A stretch of DNA of 63,168 bases, filler included, from Antechinus flavipes (GCF_016432865.1; 3 parts of 3 records of this genome joined end to end with filler, not necessarily neighbours in it); one strand, 5' to 3'; counted from the whole stretch's first letter, positions 51,111-63,168 are shown. Numbers and translations: made by a program. The notes: generated by a model not told the origin, from the sequence alone.

Positions 51111-52999
51111 GGATGATTATATGGTCTTTGCACCATCGAGCTCTGACATCCTGGTATACTCTGGTCCTGTTCAAAGGGTGTGAGAGCCCATCCTTTCTTT
51201 GCTGGTACCAGTTCTTACTCCACACCTCTGGTGGGGGCTCATCAGAGTCAGCGCTGTTGCATCCTACCCTCAAGAGGAGGAACCTCCAGGGAAAGGCTGC
51301 GTCCCTTTCTCCCACTGTCTTCCCTTACAATGGAGAGGATGGTTGAGTGACAACACTGGGAGACCCAAAAAAATGGACAATCGCCATGGTTTATACCACC
51401 TCCTCATGATGCTTCAGATACGGAGACCCAGAATCTCAGAGCTCCAACTTCCAGGAGCCAGTATATGCCCGGCACTGGGCTGGGCACTGGGGATACGAAG
51501 AAATGCAGAACAACTTCCCTCGACAAACTGACAAGTCTTTGTTCTCAGATCTCCAGGGCTGGGGAACTCACTACTTAGTCAACTTATACTCTTGCTGTGA
51601 AGTTTTTGGGCTTCTTTTCTGTGACCTCTCAACCCTGCATCCATAATGATAGGAAATAATAGATGGCAGGGGATAGGCCGTCCCCAGTGAGAACCATCGC
51701 CTGTTATTGTCTGTCGCCTGGACCGTGACTTGGTGATAGGAAACAAGACATGTGAACATCAAAGGTGAAGAAAGAAAATACAGGCTCAACTCCAGGTCTT
51801 GACCGCTATGGACCAAAGGTCAGACGAGGGCTGCAAATACTTCCTGAGACAACTCTGGGTCAACAGTCACTTATTAGTCTCAACTTCCCTTTCCCCTTCT
51901 CGACAGTGGGAACGCTTAAAAAAACGCGTCTCCCAAGGTTGGGAGGGGATTCAATGAGATAGACTATATAAAGTACTTAAATCAATAGATAAATGGTGGG
52001 GTTTTGCTAATAAGGAATAAAAAGATCATAAACTTCAGAGTTGGAAGTATAAAGCCTCAATTCCACGAGGAGAAAAAGAAGCTGGGAGAGGGAAGCGACA
52101 CGGCCAATGTAACACTCAGGCAGTAAGAATGGACCATTTTGTTTCTGTCACCAGGGCTTAACCCCAGTGTCCTTGTATACAGCAGGTGCTTAGTTTTTCC
52201 TTTCCTTCTTTTCCCAGGGTTCTCGGTAAATGCTTAGTGAATGGAAATTAGTCCCCATGAGCTCTGCTTTGTTGCTACTGGAGAGAGTTTGCTTGGGTGT
52301 GTGTATGTTGGGGTGGAGTGGGGGTGAAGCTGCTTCCCCATGACCTCATCCCCGCCGCCTTCTTGTGCTGGGAACCAGTCTGACGAGGGCGGTGGGGGGG
52401 AAGAGCTGGCAGAGGGATCTGTGATACCCGGTGGGAGTATGAGAAACTTGAAGACTACTCAGTTCGTCCCTTAGGGGTCATCCCCACGGTCTAGCAGAAG
52501 GCAGACAAGACGGTCTCCCACGGAGACAGCTGTCGTCGTGTCCCTTCCCCAGCCAGCATATGAGTAGACGCCACCCAGCTTCTCAGACAGGCCGGGCTGG
52601 ATGGTTCTGGGCATGTGGAGACAGATACGTGGATGTCCACAGCAGGCGTGGTCCCTGCGTGTTGGATGGGTACACGGCTGGGTCCTCGGGTAGCCGGCCA
52701 TCTCACCAGAGGGATCCCTGCTGGGCATTCTAGCGGCCACATTGTGTGGTTTCCAGGCTCAGTCCCATCTAACTCGCCAAAGGCTTTGGGCAGGGCCTCC
52801 TTTATGGGCCTCACTTTCCTGATCTGTAAAATTGGCTGGTTTCAGGATTCTCTTGTCTAGAGCACATTCTGCCAGCTTTGGGAAGGGCCAGAGTACTAGG
52901 GTATCATTGCTAAGAGAGGCCTTAAAACAGAGTATGGCACAGCTGGGAGGGCTTAGAAAAGCGGTTCAGAACTCGCAGAGTCCTTAGAATACGAGGCAG

Positions 53000-54560
53000 G
53001 AAGAAGAGATCTTATCAGTGTCCTTAGCATGTGGGAGGTGGGCTTCGAACCGGGTGAGTCGCCAGGTGGGAGTCCAGTGGGCCCGAGTTTTGCGCTCAGA
53101 GGCGGCAGTCTATTTCCTCAGGACACTTCAGCTCCCAGGGCGCAAGCCGCCTCCCTCCTTCCCTCTCAGAGCTCCCCTGCCCACCCGCACCACTCCCTGC
53201 ACACGGCTCTGAGCGGCCCCCCTACAGCTACTGCGAGCCCTGGCTCCTAGACCCGATCCCGACACTCCTCGGGGCAGGGCTTAGGACTTCGGGACGGGCA
53301 GAGGCTTTCAGGCCGGTGTCCTCCTCCAATCTTAAACCCCACTTATTTTTTAAACAGTGAAGGAAAAGTGGCGGAGAGAGCGCAGGAGATTCAGGAGCCC
53401 CTGGGTCCTTGCGCGGGGCCCGGGATAGGCCGGCCCGGGTCAGAACCACGTTACTGTCTGGCGCGCAGAACGTCCCTCCTCCGGCCGGACTCCCAATCAC
53501 CGCTGCACACAGAGCCGGAGGCTCGCGGCCGCACTCCGTGCCCCCTAGCCCCCCAACTCTCTGGGGCCCCCCTCCTCCCCCACCTGCAGGCAGAGGCCCC
53601 GCCCCGCCCCGCCCCGGCTTCTGTTTACCTGCGCGGAGGGGAGGGACTGGGAGTGTTGGCGAGTGCGCGGGGGATCACTCCGGAGGCCGGGGCCGGGGCT
53701 AGGGGAGCCGGGGACTTCCTTGTGGGGAAGGCGGCGGGGCTGGGGGTGAGCGGAGAGTGGGAGGGATGGAGTAGAGGGCCGGTGGAGGCGATGGAGGAAG
53801 AGAACAAGGGGGACAGAGGGGAGGGGAGGGGAGGGGAGGCAACGAGTGGGAGGGAGACTGGAGGGAAATAGGGGCAAGGGGGCGACAAATGGAGGGAGGG
53901 CGACGGAGGGCTGGAAAGGGGGAGAGAGGGCAGGAAAGAGGGGCGATGAAGGGAGGCAACAGGCTGGAGGGGCCCCGGAGGGAGGCAAAGAGGGATTTGG
54001 GGGGCCCGCGCCTCTACCTGTCTGCAGTCCGCTCCCCCCGGGGCTCCCGCTCCCGCTCCAGTCCGTGCTGTCGCTGTCGCTGTCGCTTTCGCTGTCGCTC
54101 GGGCTCGGGCTCGCTCTGCAGCCGCCGCCGCTGCCTCCCCAGGCTTCCCGAGGGAGCCTTAAGGAGGGACCGGAGGCGGCTCCAGGCGGAGGCGGAGCCG
54201 AAGCCAGGATTAGGGTGGGGAGGGACGTCCTGCCCCCTGCAGGTGAGGTTCAACTCTTGGTGCTCCGTGGGGGATGGGGACCTCAAGTAGGGGGAGCCGT
54301 GACGTCAGTTAAAGTGCTGGCGTCACAGTTGCGAGGTTGCGGGAAGCTTGGGGGTTTGAGGGGTCCCGGGCCAGTCTGAGGGGGCAGGCCCGGCGGCAGC
54401 TCATTCCCCTGCTGGACAGTTCCCAGTGTGAAAATGGAAAAAAGGGTTTCCCGACGTCCGCTGCCCTCTGGCCCTCACAGCCAGGCTTGGGTCCGGGTCT
54501 CAGGCTTCTCAGCGACTAGAACCGATCCCGGGGCCGTGGCTGCCCTTGCTTGGGGGGATT
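53000..54560. promoter_or_regulatory. Large CpG island, probable bidirectional promoter
   Basis: Dense CpG; GC-box run at 53596-53616; perfect CRE TGACGTCA at 54300-54307; minus-strand donors at 53629 (CAG|GTAAAC) and 54018 (CAG|GTAGAG); plus-strand donor at 54242 (CAG|GTGAGG). Confidence 0.85.
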
Positions 54561-54879
54561 TTCAAGCCGAAGCTGGAGGACCTCCCTTGGGGGTATCATG
54601 CAAGAGTTCCTTTGGACGGAGCCCACTGGATACTCCCCCAAGTCTCTTCCACCTCTCTAGTTCTGCCATTCTGTGAACTCCAAATTCTACCCGCGTGGGA
54701 CCGAGCAAAGCAAAGCTAATCTGTCGGCCCTGGGGCGGCCTTTTAGACGCTTGGGACAAGCTAGCGGGAGACCCCCTGAGTCTCCTCTTTCCCGGTTCCT
54801 TCCCTTCCTCCTCTACGGCAAGACCCTGTACCCGTCTTGTTTCTCCGTTCTGGATGCCAGGCCTGACTCCACGACCCCA

Positions 54880-55080
54880 TTCGGAGTTCTCTTTTCAAAG
54901 ACACTGCAGTAGTTTGCCATTTCTTTCTTCGGCTCCTTGGACAGATGAGCAAACTGAGGCAAACCAGGGTTAAGTGACTTGCCGAGAATCACACAACTAG
55001 AAAGTGTCTGAGTCTGGATTTGAGCTCGGGAAGATGTCTTCCTGATTCCAAGACTGGCACTCTACCCATCTAGCTGCCCC
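54880..55080 (-). mobile_element. MAR1-like SINE
   Basis: acgaccccattcggagttctcttttcaaagacactgcagtagtttgcc...ctagctgcccc; retains CpGs. Confidence 0.75.
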
Positions 55081-55269
55081 CTTTCTCTGGATACTCTCCA
55101 TGTTACCAATACCCTTCGTAAAATGGGGTACCCAGAAATGAACACAATATTCCACATGTGGATCTGACCAAGGCCTGACTGTAGTCACCTTTCTTGTATA
55201 CTTTTGGGGGAAAAAAATTTTTACCTTTTAAAAATCTCCTTGGTGAAGAGACTTCTTAGTCCTGGAATT

Positions 55270-57005
55270 ATTTCTCTGCCAGTAAATGTAAATTAGCAAC
55301 ACAGAACATAACAATCAATGACCATGGGAATCTATTGTTTGATAAACCCAAAGATTCCAGCTTCTGGGATAAGAACTCACTATTTGACAAAAATTGCTGG
55401 GAACACTGGAAAATAGTATTTCTCAAATTGTAAAGACCTAAATCTCACATCCCATACCAAAATAAGGTCAAAATGGGTACATAATTTAGGCAGAAAGAGT
55501 ATAAGCAAATTAGGAGACCAAGGGATGATTTGCCTATCAGATCTTTGGAGAAGGGAGGAATTCATGACCAAAGAAGAAGAACCAGAGAACATTATGAAAG
55601 GCAAAATGGACAACTTTGATTACATTAATTTTTTTTTTAATCGCACAAACAAAACCAACCAAAGATTAAAAGGGAAGTACAAAGCTGGGAAAAAAATCTT
55701 CACAGTATTTCTGAGAAAGGTCTCATTTCTAAAATATATTAAGAACTGTGTCAAATTTATAAGAATACAAATCATTCTCTGATTGATAAATGGTCAAAGG
55801 ATATGAACAGACAATTTTCAGATGATGAAATTTAAGTCATCTATAGTTATATGAAAAAATGCTTCAAATCAGTATTGATTAGAGAAATGCAAATTAAAAT
55901 AACTCTGAGGTACTACTCAGATTGGCTAAGATGACAGGAAAAGATAATGATGAATGTGGGGGAGGTGGGATGTGGGAAAACTGGAACACTTATACATTGT
56001 CGGTGGAGTTGTGAATTGCTCCATACAACCATTCTAGAAAGCAATACTATTCCCAAAGGGCTAGAAAACCCTTTGATCCAACAGTGCTACTACTGGGTCT
56101 GTATCCCAAGGAAATCATAAATGAAGGGAAAGGACCCACATGTGTAAGTATGCGCTCTTTTTGTGGTAGCAAAGAATTGGAAATTGAGTGGTTGCCTATC
56201 AATTGGGAAATGGCTGAACAGACAATTTTCAGATGAAGAAATTAAAGCCATCTGTAATTATATGAAAAAATTCTCTAAATCACTATTGATTAGAAAAATG
56301 CAAATCAAAACAACTCAACACTTATCAGATTGGCTAAGATGACAGGAAAACTCAATTATAAATGTTGGAGGGGATGTGGGAAAACAGAGACACATACATC
56401 ATTGGTGAAGTTGTGAATTGATCCAACTATTCTGGAGAGCGATTTGGGCTATAAAACTATGCATATCTTTTGATCTAGCAGTGCCATTACTGGATCTGTA
56501 TCCCAAAGAGATCCTAAAGGAGGGAAAAGGACCCACTTGTACAAAAATGTTTGTAGCACCTTTTTTGTGGTGGTGAGGAATTGAAAAATGAGCCAATTTA
56601 TGGCTGAAAAAGTTATGGTATGTAAAAGTAATGGAATAATATAGTTTTATAAAAAATAATCAACAGGCTGATTTTAGGAAAGTCCAGAAAAGTTTGTATG
56701 AATTTATACTGAGTACAGCAAGCAGAATCAGGAAAGCATTGAACATAGCCACAAGATTATATGATGATCAACTATGATGGACTTGGTTTTACTCAGCAAT
56801 TCAGTGATCCACAGCAATCCCAATACACCTTGGTTGGAAAATGCTATTCACACCCAGAGATAGATTGAATATGGATCAACACACACTGTTTTCAATGTTT
56901 TTCCCCTTCTTCCTTCCCCCCCTTCATGGTTTTTCCCTTTTGTTCTGAATTTTCTCTCCTAACCGGATTCATATGAAAATATGAAAAAAGTGAATATATA
57001 TGAAT
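55270..57005 (+). mobile_element. 5'-truncated L1 (ORF2 3' region plus 3'UTR) with an internal ~410-bp repeat
   Basis: gataagaactcactatttgacaaaaattgctggg (L1 DKNCW motif); segment from tgaacagacaattttcag present at 55804 and 56215. Confidence 0.88.
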
Positions 57006-57699
57006 TAAAAATTCTGGAGAATAGTCTGGGGCACTAAAAGGATATGTGACTTGCAGGGGATCATATAGTCTGCTTATGTCAGAGGTAAGACTTGAACCCA
57101 GGTCTTTCAGACTGGGGTTGGCTTCCCAAGAAATGAAGGTTCATCTCTAGCAAGTCCAGGGTACATTATACATATCTTAAAGGAACATAAGACTGTATTA
57201 GCCTTTTGTTGTTGTTGTTGCTATTTCACAAGGTTTATTCTTAGAAACCTTACACGCCACTAAGACCCCCAGCTCTTTTTCAGAACTGTTATCTAGACAC
57301 ATCTCTCCCATTTTGTATTTGGAAAGTTGATACTTTAAAACCCAAGTGCTGACCTTTTTGAAAGCCCTAGCAAATTTCCTTTCACAATACACTTAGCTCT
57401 TAGAACATTAGAGTTATAAATTCTTAATTGAAGTCATCAAACATTCATTTTTAGTGCTAGACATGCTAGGTGCTGGGGCTATAAAGATAAAAATAGAAAG
57501 TCCCTGCCTTCAAAGAGCTCACATTCTTTTTTTAATTTACTTGTTCTTTATTGTTCACAAAATAAAGCTTGGCATTTAAAGTTTTTTTCACAACATGGTT
57601 CCAGTTAACCTTTCAGATATTTCATATTATTCCCTTCCATGCACTAATTGCAACAAATTGGCATTTTTACTCTGCCCTGAATGTATTCTAAATTCCACC

Positions 57700-58385
57700 A
57701 CTGTGCCTTTGTACAGGTTTATGAATCATGTTGAGAAAGAAAAATCAGAGCAAAAGGGAAAAAAAACATGGGATTGGTTAAAAAAAAAAACAGAAAAAGA
57801 AGTGAACATAGCATGTATTGATTTACATTCAGTTTCCATAGTTCTTTCTCTGTCCAAAGCGTACTGGGATTGCTTTGGATCACTGAACCACTGAGAAGAA
57901 CTAAGTCTTTCATAGTCGATCATTGCACAATCTTGCTGTTATTGCATACACTGTATTCCTGGTTCTATTTGTTTCGTTCAGCATCAGTTCATGTAAATCT
58001 TTCCAGGCCTTTCTAAAATCAGCTTGTTCATCATTTTTTATCGAACAATAATATTCTGTTACCTTTGTTAGCCATTCCCCAACTGATGGGCAACCATCCA
58101 TTTTCCAATTCTTTGCTACCACAAAAAGAGCTGCTATAAACATTTTTGCACACGTGGGTCCTTTTCCCTCCTTTATGATTTCCTTGGGACATAGACCCAG
58201 TAAAGTCACTGCTGGGTATGTACAATTTTATAGCTTTTTGGGCATAGTTCCATATTGCTCTCCAGAATGGTTGGATCAATTCACAACTTCACCAACTATG
58301 TATTTGTGTCCCAGTTTTCCCACATCTCCTCCAACATTTATCATTATTTTCCCCTCTCACCTTAGCCAATCTGAAAGGTGTGAGG
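57700..58385 (-). mobile_element. 5'-truncated L1
   Basis: Minus-strand ORF LLGLCPKEIIKEGKGPTCAKMFIAALFVVAKNWK... Confidence 0.9.
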
Positions 58386-58589
58386 TGGTATCCAAAGACC
58401 TCACATTCTACTGGGAGATGCAATAACAGCAAAAATGAATAACAACATTTATATAGCATCTTATATATATTATTTCATTCGAGTCTCACAGCAATCCTGT
58501 AAGGTAAGTAGAAACAAGAAAATTAATCTGTATCTCAGGCTTTCTTTTTCTTTTTACAGATGTAGAAGCTGAGGCTTACTCGAGGATAA

Positions 58590-60065
58590 AAATAACTCTT
58601 TGAAAATTGGAATTGGGCATGGGGAAGCCAGCAAAGCTGTGAGAGACTGAGAATGGCAAGGCAGATCATAAGGAGTCAAAGAATGGAATGGAATGTGAAA
58701 CATAAGAAAAATGACAGGTTTGAAGCACAGATCAAGAAGAAGAAACATAAGAATGTTTGGACTGCCTGGGAAGTGTGACCAGGCAAAGAACCTTGACACA
58801 AAAATCCAGGGAATAGCCCAGGCAACTCGTCCTGGAGCGGTGGAACAGGAAAGGAAAATAGAAATAGATAAAATCCAGCCATCACCACCTCAGTGAGGCC
58901 CTCTGTGGAAAACACATAGGAATATTATTGCTGGGTTTCTAAACCCACAGATTAAATTTTTTTTGCAAGAAACAAGAAAAAAAATCCAATTCATATATAC
59001 TGGAGCTGCAGTTGGAATTATGCAGGACTTGGCAGCAGCCAACATAGAGAACCAGGGACCTGGAATCGTATCTACTAACAATCAGGAGGGCTGGGTCTGT
59101 GACCAAAAATATCACATCCAGCAAGGTTGTCTATAGCATTGAATGACAAAGGATGTATGTATGTTCACCAAACTTGTAGATTATCAGGACTTTCTATCAA
59201 GCAAAGCTAAACTTAATGGACAATTTGACATGTCAGGGAGTCAATTTCAGGGAACTCAACAAGGACAACTGTTTAGGGTTTTGTTTTGTTTTATTTAACA
59301 TGGGAAATGTACATCGAGAATAGGGTAGCTCAAAAGAAAGATTGGGATGGAATTAAGGCAAAAATAGTAATCATGTTATACAATAAAGATGCAGAGAAAG
59401 AATAGGTACAAAGTCATTAGAGGGGGAAGGAGGGCCCATAGTTCTGAAAACCTGCTCACATCAGGAATGGGTTAAATAGGCAATGAGACACATATATCAT
59501 AGTATAGCACTCTTCATGGTGGGATGGGAGTGGATTGGGCAGTGGAGGAAGAAGACAAGGGAGAGATGATACATGGTGGGGGCGGGGGAGGTTAAATAAT
59601 AGCAAGGCAAGTTAAGGAGCAGAATTAAAGAAAAGAGTCAGCAGGGATAAGAAAGATATGTGTAGCGTGGGGGGGAGTATATGTGTATATCTACATATGT
59701 ATGCATAAATATATCCTATATTAACTATAGCCTGCTGGAGAAAAGTGAGCCTGCTGGAGGGAAGTGGAGGGAATGAAAGAGGAAAAAAGAATAAACAAGA
59801 TGTGCAGCAGAGAACAAAAGAACAATTTACAAGGAAGTAAAGAAAATCTGGACACTCATGAATATAATTTCTTCTACTAATATACATACTTTCTTGAACT
59901 GGTAATTGTTGTTATATATTCTGAATCCTCCCTGATGTTCTGCTAGGTACAAGACAATGTTCTCTTTTGTTTTGTTTTATTTTGCTTTGTATTCCTTTTC
60001 TGTTTTTCTTTTTTCTTATTCCATTTTTTAAAATAAAATTAATTTTTAATTTTTTTTTTAAAAAA
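58590..60065 (+). mobile_element. HAL1-like element: L1 ORF1 remnant followed by a 3' region with no ORF2
   Basis: HRSRRRNIRMFGLPGKCDQAKNLD..IQ...KIEIDKIQPSPP matches the L1 ORF1 RNA-binding region; ORF1 ends at ~59240; no ORF2 trace before the tail at ~60060. Confidence 0.65.
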
Positions 60066-60399
60066 AGCTGAAACTTAACTAAAAGAATAAATGATTTTTT
60101 CATAGTGACATGGATGATAAATGTCAGAGGCAGGATATGAACTCAGATCTTTCTGACTCTAAGTTCAATACCATATTCACTAGTCTATTCTAGCCTACCT
60201 CCCTGGAAACAGATAAGTAAAACACATGATCACTTGGAGGGGGGAGAGAATGCTAACCAATAAGTATATTTGAAAAAGCTTTAAGTAGAAGATGGCAACT
60301 AAGCTATATGAGCTTATATATATAAGCTATATAAGGAGGGAGTACATTTCAGGCAATCAGAATGGCCTATGCAAAGGTGTGGAGGTGAGAAATGGAATA

Positions 60400-60900
60400 C
60401 CAAGTTCAGGAAACAGCAATTAGGCAAATTTGGCCAGAAAATCAAATATGTGAAAGTTATTATGAAATAAATCTGGAAAGGTTGTAAGAGACTGCAAGGG
60501 CCAAACAGAGGAAATTGTATTTTGTCCTAGAAGGGATAGAGAGCTTGAGCAGGGGAGTTATGATTGGGCTTCTGTTACAGGTATATCATTTTGGCATTTG
60601 GGGCGTAATTGCACAGAGAAAAGGCTTTTGTAGGAAACTAGGAGATGATGAAAATTCAAAATTGGGTGGTGGTCGTGAAACTGGAAAGAAAGGGATGGAT
60701 ATGAGACCTGTAAAGAGAGAAATGACAAAACTTGCTAATCAACTGATCAATCAATCAGGTAACAGGTATTACCTGCTATGTGCCAGGCACTGTGCTAAGT
60801 GTTGGGGATACTGTAAGAAGTAAAATGCAGAGAAGAAGCTACAATATTGATTAAATATGGGAAGATGAGGGAAAGGAAAGCACTCAGGACTTGACATTTT
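60400..60900 (-). mobile_element. L2 fragments
   Basis: Antisense L2 body and caatcaatc...ctatgtgccaggcactgtgctaag end. Confidence 0.6.
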
Positions 60901-61179
60901 TCTTATATTACTTCCTGCATGATGGTATTCAAAAGTGTTTCATTTCTCATATTCTGGGAGATTTTTGATTCTTAAATTGTCTCGATGCAGGTTATCTTCA
61001 AAGTCAGTCATTTTGGCTTGCATGGAGTTCATGTATTCTTATATTATTGCTTTTTGCTTCTTTTTTGTGGAATTTCTCTCCACTTAATGTATTTTTTTGT
61101 GTTCTAATTTCTTATTCTTTTTTCTTTTAATTTTGTTTTATTGTTTCTTGATGTCTCATAAAGTCATTAGCTTCATTTG

Positions 61180-61680
61180 CCTAATTTTATTTTGTTTTAT
61201 TGAAGCTTTTTATTTTCAAAACATATGCAAGGATAATTTTTCAACATTGACCCTTGCAAAATTTTGTGTTTCAATTTTCCCCCTTCCCCCCACCCCCTCC
61301 CCTAGATGGCAAATAACCCGATATATGTTAAACATGGTAAAAGAAAATATATGTAAATCAAATATGGGCATACATATTTATACAATTATCTTGCTGCACA
61401 AGAACAATCAAATCAAAAAGGAAAAAATGAAAAAAAAAAAAGCAAACAACAAAAAAAGTGAAAATGCTGTGTTGTGATCCACACTCAGTTCCCACAGTCC
61501 TCTCTCTGGCTCTCATTATCACAAGATCATTGGAATTGGCCTGGATCATCTTGTTGAGAAGAGCCACGTCCATTAGAAGTGATCATCATATATCTTCTTG
61601 TTTCCGGGTACAATGATCTCTTGGTTCTGCTCATTTCACTTAACATCAGTTCCTCTAAGTCTCTCCAGGCCTCTCTGAAA
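61180..61680 (-). mobile_element. L1 3'UTR fragment
   Basis: aagctttttattttcaaaacatatgcaagg...gtctctccaggcctctctgaaa. Confidence 0.85.
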
Positions 61681-62599
61681 AAATTCTTGTTCTTTATCAT
61701 ATATTCAATTTTTCCTGTTCTATTTATATTTTTCTCAATTTTTCCTATTCTATTTATATTTTTCTCAATTTTCCCTATTCTATTTGTATTTCTTAAGTCC
61801 TGCATTAGGAACTTTGATTTCTGTTCTAATTCATTCATAATCTACTCTTTTTAAAAGTTCTATTTTTCTTTGGAATCATTTCTTCTGGAGTTTCTTGCTA
61901 CTATTTCATGATTTCTAGAGAGTTTCTTTCATCAGGTAACATTGATCCATTTACCTTCATATCATAATAACTGTTCTAAGAATTTTGGTTTCTTTTTGAA
62001 GTTTTACTCATTCTTCCTTCAATACTTATAATCTTCTCTAAGGGTTTATCTGCTTGTGAGTTGGATTTCATTCAACTTTTCTCAGTTGCTATTTGGGTAT
62101 TTCAGCTGTCCTCTTTTCCATTTAACTTTGTGAATCTAAATCACTCTTGCAAAGACCTCTCAAGATAGCCCCAATATCTCCTTGAGCTGGGAAATATGGG
62201 TGTTGGCAGGACAGGGTTCCTGCTTGAATGAAATCTAGGAGAAAATAGGTCTTGCCTGGGTTTCTGTTCCTCCCAATGGGCTATTCCCTTCCTGTCTGAT
62301 CTTCTTTGATCTTCATGGCTTAATTTCTGCTTTGGTTCTGTATTACATTCTACCAATTTTTTCCCTTCAAGTGGCTGGGTAAAATCAGTGCCTGCTCCTT
62401 CTTAGAGGATCAGTGGAATATGGGTAAGTTTATTTCTATGTAACCCTAGTGACCCTGACTCACAACTCTGAGACCTTCTTTGTTCTTACTTCGATAAGTG
62501 CGTGAATTTAGATGTGGTTAGGGACAGGCAATGAAAACTCTATGTTAAATACCTTCTGTCAATTCATGACATTTTTATCTAACTTTCAGAATTCTGTCA

Positions 62600-63050
62600 T
62601 TTTTTTTAAATTAAAGCATTTTATTTTCAAAATATGCACATATAATTCTTACCATTCACCCTTGTAAAACTTTATGGTCTGAATTTTTTTCTCCCTTCTT
62701 CCTCACCCATCCCCTCCCCTAGATGGCAATTCTTCTATACATATTTCCACAATTATTATTCTGTGCAAGAAAAATCAGATCAAAAAGGGAAAAAAATGAG
62801 AAAGAAAACAAAATGTAAGCAAACAACAAAAAGAGTGAGAATGCTATGTTGTGGTCCACACTCGGTTCCCACAGTCCTCTCTCTGGGTACAGATGGCTTT
62901 CTCCATCACAAGACCATTGAAACTGACCTGAATTACCTCGCCGTTGAAAAGAGCCATGTCTGTCAGAATCGACCATTGCATAATCTTGTCGATGCCGTGT
63001 ATGATGCTTTCCTGCTTCTACTCGTTTCACTCGGCAGCAGTTCATGTATG
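62600..63050 (-). mobile_element. L1 3'UTR fragment, unusually CpG-rich
   Basis: Homologous to 1470-1920; 8 CpGs in 62863-63033. Confidence 0.85.
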
Positions 63051-63168
63051 TTGGAGGTTCTTTCTTCTTATGGACTAAGCTATATTTACTCATTTCTTGG
63101 GCAGAGTTCCTTTTTTTTAAGGTTTTCAGGTTGGAAAAAAATTGTAGTTTGATCATTTTACTGGTCCC

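Noticed and set aside
53040-53052. B-box-like ggcttcgaacc suggesting a tRNA gene
   Set aside because: No cloverleaf or properly spaced A-box; probably a SINE remnant or chance. I found no tRNA, rRNA or CRISPR feature in the window.
52471-54973. Many overlapping long ORFs across the CpG island and its shore
   Set aside because: Stop-poor GC-rich, low-complexity sequence; open on both strands with no domain signal.

Overview
This is mammalian, almost certainly marsupial, genomic DNA. WSINE1-like and MAR1-like SINEs, RTE LINEs and marsupial-type L1 3'UTRs point to an Australian marsupial, possibly a dasyurid (inference from repeat content only). The window is repeat-dense and comes from a draft assembly: one plain N gap and two artificial 100-bp spacers. 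It holds two CpG-island promoters. The first (~19.7-20.1 kb) has a clear plus-strand first-exon donor. The second (~53.0-54.6 kb) is apparently bidirectional. I could not assign any host protein-coding exon to a known gene, so no gene symbols are given; nearly all ORFs in the supplied track come from L1, RTE, L2, L3 or simple repeats. The only convincing non-LINE coding remnant is a pogo/Tc2-like DDE transposase, carried by a 1.39-kb TIR element nested inside a comparatively young L1. Other notable structures: a SINE split by a two-part locally templated insertion, a second locally templated copy near 4.3 kb, a 7-unit minisatellite with dimeric structure built from a MIR end, an ORF1-only (HAL1-like) L1 derivative, and two solo LTRs with intact target-site duplications (TSDs). 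I see no evidence that proves a new biological system; the strongest leads are the DNA transposon (possible horizontal transfer) and the repair and amplification scars. Repeat family names are from recall of consensus sequences, and most repeat boundaries are approximate (+/-20-50 bp).
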